A stretch of DNA of 64,000 nt from an uncultured cyanobacterium (lineage in GTDB: Bacteria; Cyanobacteriota; Cyanobacteriia; CAKZMO01). A model generated the notes under the pieces. It did not search any database. It was given only the letters and a program-made list of their open reading frames with translations, and was not told the origin of the DNA. Location: assembly GCA_963719515.1 (NCBI GenBank), contig CAVRCJ010000013.1, forward strand, positions 128,001 to 192,000, read 5' to 3'. Made by a program: the position numbers and the translations under genes. Position 1 is the first letter of the stretch, and each line of letters opens with the position of its first letter. Shown piece after piece: positions 52,339-62,363 of this stretch.

Positions 52339-53250
52339 ATGCAAACCATCCCTCCAGTCATCTCCGAACCCGGCCTCTACTGGCGCTGGCGAGGCCAGTC
52401 TATCTACTACGTGCGAGCAGGCGAACCCCAGCCTCAGCGCCCGCCACTTCTATTTGTGCATGGCTTCGGGGCCTCGACCGACCACTGGCGCAAGAACATT
52501 GCCCAGCTTAAAGAGTCCTTTGAAGTGTGGGCTATTGACCTGCTAGGCTTTGGCCGCTCGGCAAAGCCGGACCAGGTCTACAGCGGGGAGGTGTGGCGCA
52601 ACCAGCTACATGAGTTCATTACGGAGGTCATAGGTCGGCCTGCGGTACTGGCGGGCAATTCTTTGGGAGGCTACGCTTGCCTATGCGTGGCGGCCCAGCG
52701 TCCCGAGTCGGCGGCAGGGCTAGTGCTGATCAACAGCGCCGGACCTTTTAGCAATACCACACCGGTCGTCAAAAGCCCCATGGCTGAGGCTTGGAGCACC
52801 TTAGTCCGCAGCGTATTGGGTCAACAGTGGGCCAGCTTTCTGCTGTTTCAGTATGTGCGCCAGCGGTGGATGATTCGCAAGACGCTGGCGCAGGTGTATG
52901 TGGACCAAAGCGCCATCACAGACCAGCTGGTCGAGGATATCTATCGCCCCTCCTGCGATGCGGGTGCTCCTGGCGTGTTTGCGTCGGTGTTTAGCTCGCC
53001 GCAGGGCGAAAATGTGGATCTGCTGCTGAGAGAGATGCGCTGTCCGCTGCTGATGCTTTGGGGGGAGGGTGATCCTTGGATTCGAGCGCGGGAGCGCAGC
53101 GTTAAGTTTCGGGAGGTGCGCCCTGAACTGACGGAGCATTTTTTGAATGCGGGGCATTGCCCTCACGATGAGGTGCCGGAGCAGGTAAACCAGCTGCTTA
53201 CAGATTGGGTGTTGCAGGAATGTGCGCCTGGGGGAGGGGATTTTTCGTAG
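52339..53250 (+). CDS. Alpha/beta fold hydrolase
   Basis: HGFGAS, DLLGFGRS, GNSLGG nucleophile elbow and GHCPHDE. Confidence 0.93.
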   Translation: MQTIPPVISEPGLYWRWRGQSIYYVRAGEPQPQRPPLLFVHGFGASTDHWRKNIAQLKESFEVWAIDLLGFGRSAKPDQVYSGEVWRNQLHEFITEVIGRPAVLAGNSLGGYACLCVAAQRPESAAGLVLINSAGPFSNTTPVVKSPMAEAWSTLVRSVLGQQWASFLLFQYVRQRWMIRKTLAQVYVDQSAITDQLVEDIYRPSCDAGAPGVFASVFSSPQGENVDLLLREMRCPLLMLWGEGDPWIRARERSVKFREVRPELTEHFLNAGHCPHDEVPEQVNQLLTDWVLQECAPGGGDFS

Positions 53251-53296
53251 GATTTGGATAAATGGGGAATTGCGGTGAACGGGGGGGATGAGGGGC

Positions 53297-53326
53297 GGTG
53301 GGTTGCGCCAGCGTAACCCACCCTAC
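53297..53326 (-). repeat. GTAG-type REP-like palindrome
   Basis: Minus strand GTAG-GGTGGGTTACG-CTGG-CGCAACCCACC; the GTAG contains the recF stop codon. Confidence 0.6.
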
Positions 53327-54438
53327 GGGGCTTCGACGATGGCTCCGCTCTTGACCGTCAACACTTGAGACGATCGCAGCCACTGGGCGTCAAACGCCCC
53401 CAAATGCGTTGTGGTGATGACGGTTTGGAAGCGCTCTTGAATTGCATCTAGCAGGTGGTTTTGCCGCGTTAGGTCTAGCTCTGCTAGCACGTCATCTAGC
53501 AACAGCAGCGGCGGCTCCCCCACCACCGTCTCAATCAACATCAGCTCCGCCAGCTTTAGCGACAGCACTAGGGTGCGCTGCTGCCCCTGCGACCCATACT
53601 GACGGGCGGGGGTGTCATTGATGATGAATTCAACGTCGTCGCGGTGCGGCCCTACGAGTGAGGTGCCCTGGTGGGTTTCGGCGGTGGCCCGCTCCTGTAT
53701 CCTCTCCAGGAAAACCTGTTGAATCACCTGGGGATCATCGCTGCCGGTAGAGACATTGGGACCGTAGTCTATCGTCAGGGCTTCGCTGCCGTGGCTAATG
53801 GCCTGATGCCAACGCTGGGCAATCGGGGTAAGGCGGCGGATGACGCGGGCGCGGCGGCGGATGACGCGGGTGCCCGTGGCGGCCAGCTGGGCATCCCACA
53901 GGGCCATCTGCGACTGTTCGGGCGCGACGCCCGTGGACTGCTTGAGCAACGCGTTGCGCTGCCGCAAAACCTGGTGATACTCCTGGAGGATGTAGGCATA
54001 GACCGGTTCGAGCTGCATCAGCAGCGTATCGAGCCAGCGCCGCCGCCCGCTGGGACTACCCCGCACCAGATCCAAATCCAGGCTAGAAAACTGCACCGCG
54101 TTCATCAGGGGCAAAAAGTCGAGCTGCCGCCTCAGGGTCTCGCCATTTACCGCCACGGTGCGGCGGCCGCTTTTGCGCAGGGTCATGCTCAGGCTGACGG
54201 GACCGCTATCCCGCTTGAGCCGGGCGTCGATGCGCCCCGCTGTTTCCGGGTCCATCACCAGCTCTCGGTCCCGTAAGGCCCGGTGCGATCGCAAGCTGGC
54301 GAGCAGCTCCACCGCTTCTAACAGGTTGGACTTTCCCTGAGCGTTATTGCCCACCACAATGGTTTTCGGGGCAGTGAACGACACCATCTGATCGGCGTAG
54401 TTGCGAAACTGGTAGAGGTGGAGAAGCTCCAGGTACAT
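53323..54438 (-). CDS. recF: DNA replication/repair protein RecF
   Basis: FRNY, GNNAQGKSN, GPHRDD, GSQGQQR and LLDDVLAELD. Confidence 0.97.
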   Translation of the reverse strand: MYLELLHLYQFRNYADQMVSFTAPKTIVVGNNAQGKSNLLEAVELLASLRSHRALRDRELVMDPETAGRIDARLKRDSGPVSLSMTLRKSGRRTVAVNGETLRRQLDFLPLMNAVQFSSLDLDLVRGSPSGRRRWLDTLLMQLEPVYAYILQEYHQVLRQRNALLKQSTGVAPEQSQMALWDAQLAATGTRVIRRRARVIRRLTPIAQRWHQAISHGSEALTIDYGPNVSTGSDDPQVIQQVFLERIQERATAETHQGTSLVGPHRDDVEFIINDTPARQYGSQGQQRTLVLSLKLAELMLIETVVGEPPLLLLDDVLAELDLTRQNHLLDAIQERFQTVITTTHLGAFDAQWLRSSQVLTVKSGAIVEAP

Positions 54439-54678
54439 AAGGGCGCTAGAGGGGGGCGCTAGGGGGCCGTGCCATTGCCTATCTTACCGTTAGCCCCGAC
54501 TGCCGCCTCAAAGCTGCCTCAAAGGATGTTATCCCAGAAAGGATTTGCGATACGATTGGAGATCTGAAGATTTAAGCCGCCGTAACCAAGCTCATCCCTG
54601 AGCGCTAACGCCATTGGGGCTGTCGGTCTCAGCCCTCAATGAAGCTGCCCAGTTCTTTAAGACAAGGATTACCAATTC

Positions 54679-55743
54679 ATGGATATGACAGCGTTGGTGT
54701 TACTCATTGCTGGGCTGGCGCTGTTGGTTGTAGGTGCGGAGGTGCTGGTGCGGGGGGCGTCGCGGATCGCCGTTCTACTGCGCATTTCCCCACTAATTAT
54801 TGGCCTCACTATTGTGGCTTATGGAACTAGCGCCCCGGAAATGGCGGTGAGCATTCAGTCGAACCTGGCAGGAGAGGCGGGCATCTCGGTGGGCAACGTG
54901 GTGGGCAGCAACATCGTCAACGTGCTGCTAATTTTGGGGATCTCCTCGGTGGTGGTGCCGCTGGTGGTGGCGCAGCAGCTGATTCGCCTCGATGTGCCCA
55001 TCATGATTGGGGTGTCGGTGCTGCTGCCGTTCTTGGCGCTAGATGGAAACCTGGGCAAGCTGGACGGCGGGCTGCTGTTTGCAGGGGCGGTAGTCTACAC
55101 CTGGTTTTTGTTTCGCGAGGGGCGGGAAGAGGATCTAGACGTCGAGACGACTGCCGGGACATCGCGATCGCTGCGGCCTTGGATTGTCAATATTGGTCTG
55201 GTTTTGGGGGGCGTCGTCATGCTGACCCTAGGGTCGAATTGGCTGGTGGAAGGCGCGATTATCCTGGCTCAGGCAATTGGGGTGAGCAACTTCGTCATTG
55301 GCTTGACGGTGGTGGCCCTGGGGACGTCGCTGCCGGAGTTAGTGACCTCGGTAGTGGCGAGCATGAAAGGGGAGCGGGATATGGCGGTGGGCAATGTGGT
55401 AGGCAGCAATATCTTTAATATTTTGGCGGTGCTGGGGGTGGCGAGCCTGATCTCCCCTGGCGGCATCGACGTGTCTCCGGCGGCGCTGAATTTCGACATT
55501 CCGGTGATGATTGCGGTGGCGGTCGCCTGTTTGCCCATCTTCTTTTCAGGAAACGTGATTTCCCGCTGGGAGGGGTGGCTGTTTTTGGCCCACTACGCGG
55601 CCTATACGACCTATCTCATTCTCAAAGCGACGGATCACGATGCCCTGCCGATTTTTAGTACGGTGCTGATCGTGTTTGTCATTCCGCTGACGGTGATTAC
55701 GCTGATGACGATCTCGTGGCGGTCGATGCACAAAGCAAGGTAG
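54679..55743 (+). CDS. Calcium/sodium antiporter (YrbG family)
   Basis: Duplicated GTSAPE...GNVVGSN and GTSLPE...GNVVGSN alpha-repeats. Confidence 0.93.
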   Translation: MDMTALVLLIAGLALLVVGAEVLVRGASRIAVLLRISPLIIGLTIVAYGTSAPEMAVSIQSNLAGEAGISVGNVVGSNIVNVLLILGISSVVVPLVVAQQLIRLDVPIMIGVSVLLPFLALDGNLGKLDGGLLFAGAVVYTWFLFREGREEDLDVETTAGTSRSLRPWIVNIGLVLGGVVMLTLGSNWLVEGAIILAQAIGVSNFVIGLTVVALGTSLPELVTSVVASMKGERDMAVGNVVGSNIFNILAVLGVASLISPGGIDVSPAALNFDIPVMIAVAVACLPIFFSGNVISRWEGWLFLAHYAAYTTYLILKATDHDALPIFSTVLIVFVIPLTVITLMTISWRSMHKAR

Positions 55744-56112
55744 TCCGCCGGTTGAAGGGGCCAGTGCTGACAGGGTGCGTCGGAGCAGTCGCTATCTGAG
55801 CAAAGGCAAACAAAGGCGCTGATGCGGCCTAAGGACATCACAGAATTTAGGCTCGCTTAGGAGAGTGCTAGATTTGTTTGCACGTGCAAAATTTTCATAA
55901 CTTAATAGATTTATTTGGTAACCTACTCGTTGAGGCTTTTGTTGGGATAGCGGAAAAAGGTGACTTTCTTCTCATCTACAGGGTGTAAAAGCAGCTCTTT
56001 TATGAAGTGCGATCGCCGCTATCAGCCACCACCAGTTGGCTGACTATCTCAATGTTCTTAGAGCTGCGCTACTCGTGAAGTATCAGAGCTACAACCGTCT
56101 CAATCTTTAGCC

Positions 56113-56310
56113 GTGACATACTCCCGACGCTCATTCTACGAATAGAGCGCGGGCTTCTTGGCTCGCGCACCACAAATGAATGGGTACCGCACAAGAAAGT
56201 TTCCTGCTTCTCCTGGTCTTGTCTAGCCAAACAGCAAGCTGTATGACCCCGATTAGATCCCATCCACAGGCAATTTATTTTACGTCCAGGCAATGACCAA
56301 CCCCAGACAG
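56113..56310 (-). ncRNA. Putative TnpB omega/reRNA scaffold (copy B)
   Basis: Homologous to 24072-24269 with compensatory changes; one frame resembles a TnpB C-terminal tail (GHCLDVK*IACGWDL...EARAL). Confidence 0.65.
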
Positions 56311-56534
56311 ACTACTTTTTTGAGCTTCCTTTCTTCCAAAAACTGTGTCGCGTCACCGTTATGTTTTCTATGGGTGATATTTTTCTCGACGAACACTCTG
56401 GAGGGGTGGAAAACCTTGTAAACAGTTGATATGTATACATTCTAGCATGAATAAGGATTGTTCGCCTTTGGCTCACGCGCCTTTCATCCCGACGCTGATG
56501 CTGCGCATACAGCGCGGGACTTCCCGTCTAAGAG
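56113..56534 (-). mobile_element. Non-autonomous IS200/IS605-type mini-element (copy B)
   Basis: Minus strand: TTTAA target, a 34-nt LE hairpin identical to copy A (56485-56518 = 24472-24505), and an RE ending AGTATGTCAC. No transposase ORF. Confidence 0.85.
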
Positions 56535-56598
56535 TTAAAAAGCAATAGTTCTATAAAGGCGAGTTTGAGGCAATAACCTTTAGAGAGAGGCAAAAACT

Positions 56599-58071
56599 AT
56601 GCTGCAAAGTAGAGAAAACGCAACGCTCAAAACGTTAGAGGGATATGATCTCTTCGTTTTTGGAGATAGTCTTTCCGATATTGGCACCCTGTTTACCTTG
56701 ACAGGGGGATTAATTCCCCCCAGCCCGCCTTACTTCGAAGGTCGTTTTTCTAATGGGCCTATTGCAGCCGAAGTTCTAGCAGATCAGCTCGGTGTGGGCC
56801 ATTCGCAGGCGACTAACTTTGCCGTTGGCGGGGCGCGGACTGGGCCAGGCAACAACCAGGACACCGACGCCGTTCAGTTTGGGGGTCTACTGACCCAAAT
56901 TGAACGCTTCTCTGCCCAGGCTGATGCGCTTGGTGCCGATGCGGAGGATCTTTACCTAATTTGGGCAGGTGGCAATGATTTTCTAGCGTTGGCCAGCGAC
57001 CCTTCTGCTGACCCAACGTCCGTCGTTGCGGAAGCCGTCTCAAACATTGTGACAGCAGTGACTAGCCTCGCGAGCTCCGGTGCCCAAGACATCGCGGTTA
57101 CCCTGCTCCCCAATTCGGGGCGAATTCCACTGAGCCTGCAGGCCAATTTGTTAGAGCCTTTGACCGCGTTAACTGTCGCATTCAACGGCGCTTTGTCAAA
57201 TGCTCTAGGTGCCTTAGAGAGCAGTATCGAGGGGGTCAATATCATCCTCACTGACCTCTTCCCCATCGCAGAGGCGATCGCTCAATCTCCGGGAGACTTC
57301 GGATTCGAGAATGTGGCCGAGCCCTATTTATCGGGCTTAATTCCAAGCGATCCAACTGCTGATCCTGATACATTTTTCTTTTGGGATCCTATTCACCCCA
57401 CAAGCCCTGCCCATGCCATCTTTGCTGAGGTCTTTTATGAGAGTTTTGTTACTGGCATTAGCGATGACATCAAGCTCATCGGCACGACCGACGCCGACAG
57501 GCTCGTCACCTTTAGCGGCGATGACACGCTGAGAGGACGTCAGGGTGATGACGTTTTGATCGGCAACCTGGGGAACGACCATCTCTATGGCAATGTTGGT
57601 TTGGATAGCCTACGGGGCGGTGAAGGCAATGATTTGCTCGACGGGGGTCTAAATGGCGATCGCCTTATTGGAGGCAGCGGTAACGATCTGTTGATGGGAC
57701 AACGGGGGCCAGATGTTCTCATTGGCGTCAATCCGAATTCGGAGAATCTAGGCAAGCGAGAGATTGACGTGATGGTTGGGGGCAAACAGGCAGATACTTT
57801 CGTTCTGGGTGATGAGGCTAGAAGTTTCTACGACGATGGCAATCCGAACAGACCTGGGCTGCGAGATTTTGCGCTTATTACCGATCTTCAGAGAAGAGAT
57901 ACCATTCAGCTCCATGGCGAGGCCAGTCGCTATACGTTGGCTGAGGCCCCAGCTTTTCTAGGATCGGGAACCGCAATCTTCCTAGATACCGAGGGCGATC
58001 GCGAGCTGATTGGTGTTGTGAGCGGCGATATTGCGCTGAGTCTCGATAGCCCCACAATCAGCTTCGTATAG
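56599..58071 (+). CDS. SGNH/GDSL hydrolase with C-terminal RTX Ca-binding repeats
   Basis: FGDSLSD, GRFSNG, GGND and DPIHP catalytic blocks; GGxGND-type nonapeptide repeats suggest type I secretion. Confidence 0.92.
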   Translation: MLQSRENATLKTLEGYDLFVFGDSLSDIGTLFTLTGGLIPPSPPYFEGRFSNGPIAAEVLADQLGVGHSQATNFAVGGARTGPGNNQDTDAVQFGGLLTQIERFSAQADALGADAEDLYLIWAGGNDFLALASDPSADPTSVVAEAVSNIVTAVTSLASSGAQDIAVTLLPNSGRIPLSLQANLLEPLTALTVAFNGALSNALGALESSIEGVNIILTDLFPIAEAIAQSPGDFGFENVAEPYLSGLIPSDPTADPDTFFFWDPIHPTSPAHAIFAEVFYESFVTGISDDIKLIGTTDADRLVTFSGDDTLRGRQGDDVLIGNLGNDHLYGNVGLDSLRGGEGNDLLDGGLNGDRLIGGSGNDLLMGQRGPDVLIGVNPNSENLGKREIDVMVGGKQADTFVLGDEARSFYDDGNPNRPGLRDFALITDLQRRDTIQLHGEASRYTLAEAPAFLGSGTAIFLDTEGDRELIGVVSGDIALSLDSPTISFV

Positions 58072-58509
58072 ACGCAGCGGTTTCCTTCAACGTAACCGCT
58101 CCCCTTCAGCGGACTACCTTGGCCTTTCAGAAATGCGCCGGATTGCCGCGATCGCTTTTCTAGGGAAATCTACGGGGTCTGCTCCCCCGATTTTCCTGAA
58201 ACCCCGCGCTCATGGTGACTTCTACCTCCGCGAGCTCTTCCAAGAAAGCTTCCGCACGTCCGCATTGGAAAAACTGCCAAAATCTGCTGGCGCTTGCATG
58301 GCCTCGCTTTCGGTAGAGAGATACTGCCGGTAAAAAAAACCTCTTCTATCCCATTCCCTTTCCAATGGGGTCAATCAAAAAGGAATATAAGGCGTCGGTC
58401 ACCTGCAAATTTACTGATTTAGCTTTGCATGAACGCCAGAAGTTCACCGTATAACCTTCTAGACAGTTCAGCGCAGCTTCAGGCAGTTTGGATCCTATTG
58501 GAGGTTACT

Positions 58510-58704
58510 ATGCAACTCAATTATTGCGGCATCGACGTCGACTATTTTCCCGACGCTCAAGCAAACCGCTCGCCAACAATGGCCTGTGTCGCGAGAATTC
58601 CCGTCACAAGTAAAATGAAGCTATCTCCTAGAGCAGCAGGCCTGCTGGTTTCAGCCACGGCTACTGTAGAGCAGCCAGTCGCAATCGCGATGGAGGAAGA
58701 GTAG
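58510..58704 (+). CDS. Small protein (64 aa) with DUF4278-like N-terminus
   Basis: GGAGG RBS before ATG 58510; MQLNYCGIDVDY resembles the MxLxYRGxxY start of DUF4278 proteins. Confidence 0.55.
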   Translation: MQLNYCGIDVDYFPDAQANRSPTMACVARIPVTSKMKLSPRAAGLLVSATATVEQPVAIAMEEE

Positions 58705-58708
58705 CGTT

Positions 58709-61303
58709 CTATAGCCAGTTCCCCACCAGCACAAACGATGACCAGAAAACTGGAGCCCGATAGTCTGGGTCACCAAGCAAGGCCAGCTGAGCCCGCTGCA
58801 GCGCTTCAGCCTTAGAAATATTGGCATTGGCAAGCTCGTCGTAGAGATGGCTAACCAACAGGGCCCCCGACGCATCGTCTAAGCTCCACAGCGACGCTAT
58901 CGTACTGCGCGCCCCTGCCTGCACGGCAACCCCCGCTAACCCCAGCGCTGCCCGCCCATCTCCTGTAGCCGTCTCGCAAGCGCTCAAAATAAGCAGCTCG
59001 ATAGGCGCTTTGCGGGTTTCGTCGCCGGCTCTCAAAACGGCGCTGATTTCGTTGACGTTTAAGGGGCCGTCCCAGGTGAGAATAAACGTCTCGTCCGCTT
59101 GTGAGCTAAATTGTCCGTGGGTCGCCAAGTGCACAACCGGGTAGGGCGAGGATTCCACCTGCTCTCGCAGCGCTTCGCGGGTAAAAGCCTGATCCACAAG
59201 CACGCGGCTAGGGACTGTCGCTTCAACCTGCGCTAACTCTGCGCCCACGTTCTCCAAAGCGCCAAATCCATGCCGCGCCTCCGTCAGCCCGCCTGCTAAA
59301 GCTCTAATCCTTTGCTGCCTTAACGGTCTAGGGGCGATGAGCCGTAGGCCTGAGGTCAGGGCGATGCTGTAGTTTTCGACTAAATAGTGCTCTCCATCAA
59401 ACAGCGCCGCCATCGGCACCGAGCGCAAGACGCCATCCGGCACAAACACCAGGGTCTTCACCCCACTCTCCTGTAAGTCCACCTCAATCGGACGAATCAG
59501 CCACCCATACGCCACTTCACCTAGTGTCTTACCGGCAGGGGTAACGAAAGGGCGCGTCAAGTTTTGTCGTAGAGCGTCCAAAGTTTCCTTGACTTGTTCA
59601 CCGGGAACCTCAATTCTGCGGCGCTGGAGGGGGCGATCCGGCAGACTGACGATTACCTCCAGGCGATCGCTCAGAACAATGGGATAGATAATAGCTGCGT
59701 CGGTCTGGTCGATATCGTCTAAGGCGACCGTCTGCCCTTCTATACAGGCCGACTGAAAAAAGTTGTTGAGCTCCGCCAGCTGCAGCGACTCAATCACCTT
59801 GCGGGCCTGCTGCATCCGCGCAGGGGAGGGATAGTCGGGGCTGAGCAGCAGATCGACGTAATCGCGGTAGACAGGCTCTACGCTTTCCCGGAAAGAAAAC
59901 TGCTGGTCGGAGGCGATAGTGGCCAAATCGTAGCGCAAAGCCTGCAGGGACAAAAAAGCGCCCTCGTAAGCTGACATCGCTCCATCGCGCTGCCCCCGCG
60001 CCTTGAGAATGCGGCCTAGCTGCCACTGCCACTGGTAGGCAACGTCGTTAGCGTTTAGAGACTGGGCGATCAGCAGCGCGCCTTCCGTGACATCTTTGGC
60101 AATCGCCCACTGTCGGGTCGCTTCGTAGGCGCTACCCAAATAGCCCATAGCGTAGGCTTCGGCGTAGCGATCGCCGATGGCCTGGGCCTGCTGCATCGCT
60201 GTCCCCAGCAGAGCGGCGGCCTGCGCTATTGCGCCTGGCCGCCGTGACTGAATTAGATGATGGGCGAAACTAGTCTGGGCATAGAGGCTGGCGCGGCTTG
60301 GTGGTAGAGACTTGAACTGAAGCTGGAGAGAGTCCGCCAGGGTTTGTGCAGCGCCCCATGCCTTCATTTCTACGAGCAGGCTGAATTGATTTCCCCCCGC
60401 CTGAGCCTGCTGTAGGGAATCGGCGGCGATCGCCTCCGCCTGACGGTAGAACGCTAGGGCTTCTGAAGCCTGCTGCTGCCTTCGAGCGAGGTGTCCCAAG
60501 CTCAAGAGAAGGGCTGCTTGCTCCCGCAGCATAGACTGGGCTTGGGCGATTTCTAGGCACTGAGCAAAGGCCGCCGCTGCCGCATCGAAGTCGCCGATGA
60601 CCCGCAGCGTGTCTCCGAGGCTGTGCAGCCCTAACACCTGCAGCTCAAGGTCGCTCTGGTCTAGCTCGGTCTGAACCTGGTCGAGAACGCGGCGGGCCTG
60701 AAGGAAATAGCCCAACGATTGGAGGGTACGGGCCTGGTTGATGAGGCTACCGGTGTAGCGCCGGGGGTCGCCAGCCTGCTGGTAAAAAGCTCCAGCCCGT
60801 TGCCAGCTCTCTAGAGCAGGGGCGAGTGAGCCTTGAGCAAACTGCAGAGCCCCCTGGGTATTGAGCACCTGGCCCTGAATTACGAGGGTCTGGTGAGAGT
60901 CTTGGCTCCCACCGCTGGCTCGCCACTGCTTAAGCTGCTCTATGCTTTGAGCGATCGCCGCTGTTGCCTGCGGCCACTCGCCTGAGTACTGATGGGCTAG
61001 GGAGAGATAGCTGAGGGCCAGCGCCTGATGGAGGCGATCGCCCTGCACCTCAAAACTTTGGGCGGCAGATTGCCACGCGCCGATAGCTTCGCCAATCCGC
61101 TGACTTTGGTAGGCGGCTCGTCCCGCATCAAGCTGGTCTAGGGCCTGCTTTCCCGGCTCAGTAAGCCCCTGTTCAGCTGGCGTTGCCGATTGGACCTTGC
61201 CAAGGCCGACAAAAGTAGGGGCCGCGCCCTGAAAAACTGCGAGGAGTAGCGCCAGTGAGAACCCCACAACTAGGGAGCGCGATCGCCTTAGGAGCTGGAT
61301 CAT
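58709..61303 (-). CDS. TPR + CHAT (caspase-like C14) domain protein with signal peptide
   Basis: N-terminal hydrophobic signal, TPRs, FVPDG, HLATHG (His), LSACETA (Cys) and WSSFVLVGNWL. Confidence 0.93.
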   Translation of the reverse strand: MIQLLRRSRSLVVGFSLALLLAVFQGAAPTFVGLGKVQSATPAEQGLTEPGKQALDQLDAGRAAYQSQRIGEAIGAWQSAAQSFEVQGDRLHQALALSYLSLAHQYSGEWPQATAAIAQSIEQLKQWRASGGSQDSHQTLVIQGQVLNTQGALQFAQGSLAPALESWQRAGAFYQQAGDPRRYTGSLINQARTLQSLGYFLQARRVLDQVQTELDQSDLELQVLGLHSLGDTLRVIGDFDAAAAAFAQCLEIAQAQSMLREQAALLLSLGHLARRQQQASEALAFYRQAEAIAADSLQQAQAGGNQFSLLVEMKAWGAAQTLADSLQLQFKSLPPSRASLYAQTSFAHHLIQSRRPGAIAQAAALLGTAMQQAQAIGDRYAEAYAMGYLGSAYEATRQWAIAKDVTEGALLIAQSLNANDVAYQWQWQLGRILKARGQRDGAMSAYEGAFLSLQALRYDLATIASDQQFSFRESVEPVYRDYVDLLLSPDYPSPARMQQARKVIESLQLAELNNFFQSACIEGQTVALDDIDQTDAAIIYPIVLSDRLEVIVSLPDRPLQRRRIEVPGEQVKETLDALRQNLTRPFVTPAGKTLGEVAYGWLIRPIEVDLQESGVKTLVFVPDGVLRSVPMAALFDGEHYLVENYSIALTSGLRLIAPRPLRQQRIRALAGGLTEARHGFGALENVGAELAQVEATVPSRVLVDQAFTREALREQVESSPYPVVHLATHGQFSSQADETFILTWDGPLNVNEISAVLRAGDETRKAPIELLILSACETATGDGRAALGLAGVAVQAGARSTIASLWSLDDASGALLVSHLYDELANANISKAEALQRAQLALLGDPDYRAPVFWSSFVLVGNWL

Positions 61304-62289
61304 CCCGTTGTTGTCATGACCTGATAGGTTTTTAGCGCTAGGAAGGGATGCCGCAGGTGGGTGCCGACCACCCGGCTACAGAGCAAGTTGCAGGTCGAGG
61401 CTGCGGAACACTGCCGGATTTCTTCGTGGTTGAGCTGCGCCAAGAGCGTGGGCAAAGGCTTGTCGAGCAGCGACTCGGTTTTGGGTAAGGCTAGGCAGGG
61501 GGCCACCCGCCCGGAGCAGTCAATAGCAATGCCGTGGCGCCCGGCGTCGCAGGGGGGAAGCCCAAGGCCCTGCAGCCAGCGGATATTTTCTTTGATGTAC
61601 TGCCGGTAGTAGCCGTCAGGGATATGAGGAGAGTGCAGCAGGCGCTCGAAAAGTCGGAGAATATCTGGCGTTTCGTACTGCAGGTCCTCATCCACTTTGC
61701 CGTAGCGGGAGACATCCCAGTGATAGGCTCCGACCACGGGAGTAAAGCCGCGATCGCCCGCAAATTCGACCACCGCTTCCACATCGCCCAGATTTTTCTG
61801 GCTGACGACGCAGGTTAGATACTTGGGGTGGGGGTAGTTCTCTAAAAGTGAAATCCCCTTGAGGACGGCGGGGAGCTGATCGCGGCCGCGAATATAGGCA
61901 TAGCGCTCGCGGTCGAGGCTATCTAAACTAATAGAAATAGAGACGCCCAAGTCCTTTAGGGTAGCCACCTTTGCCGGGGTGAAACAGGTGCCGTTGGTCA
62001 CCAAGCTGAGGTTGTAGCCCATCGCGTTGAGATCGACAAGAATGTCCATCAGGTCCCGCCGCAGCATAGGCTCTCCGCCTTGGATAAGCAAAAACCGGAG
62101 TCCCTCCTCATAGAGGTGAGAAAAGACGCGCTGGATCTCCTCGCGGGTCATTTCGTAATGCCCTTTGTTGAGCTCCAGGTTGCAGTAGCGACAGGCAGAG
62201 TTGCAGCGCAGGGTAATTTCCACAACCGCCAGCAGCGGTCGGCCCGCGATCGCGTTGAGAGCAGGTTTGACGAGGGTCGATAGGGCCAC
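61300..62289 (-). CDS. Radical SAM protein with C-terminal Cys-rich (SPASM/twitch-like) domain
   Basis: CNSACRYC, GGEP, TNG and SLDS; CDAG...IDCSGRVAPC...C...C...C. GTG 62289 follows GAGG; the ORF track starts at 62328. Confidence 0.88.
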   Translation of the reverse strand: MALSTLVKPALNAIAGRPLLAVVEITLRCNSACRYCNLELNKGHYEMTREEIQRVFSHLYEEGLRFLLIQGGEPMLRRDLMDILVDLNAMGYNLSLVTNGTCFTPAKVATLKDLGVSISISLDSLDRERYAYIRGRDQLPAVLKGISLLENYPHPKYLTCVVSQKNLGDVEAVVEFAGDRGFTPVVGAYHWDVSRYGKVDEDLQYETPDILRLFERLLHSPHIPDGYYRQYIKENIRWLQGLGLPPCDAGRHGIAIDCSGRVAPCLALPKTESLLDKPLPTLLAQLNHEEIRQCSAASTCNLLCSRVVGTHLRHPFLALKTYQVMTTTG

Positions 62290-62363
62290 GGAGAATGCCT
62301 CTAGGACTGATATGCTGAAGCGCAGCAAGGCAAAAGCCGTTTCGCCTCAGCGTTTTGGCGCTT

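Noticed and set aside
56069..56293. 74-aa minus-strand ORF
   Set aside because: Lies across the RNA scaffold and right end of mini-element B; no RBS or recognisable domain.
24072..56534. CRISPR-array interpretation of the repeated intergenic blocks
   Set aside because: Only two dispersed copies with IS-type terminal hairpins; no repeat-spacer periodicity and no cas genes.
58212..58316. 34-aa ORF MVTSTSASSSKKASARPHWKNCQNLLALAWPRFR
   Set aside because: No RBS and no recognisable features; compatible with chance.
61300..62289. Prokaryotic viperin or RiPP maturase call for the radical SAM
   Set aside because: Lacks the viperin-type NxH...CNxxCxFC context; no RRE domain or convincing adjacent precursor peptide seen.
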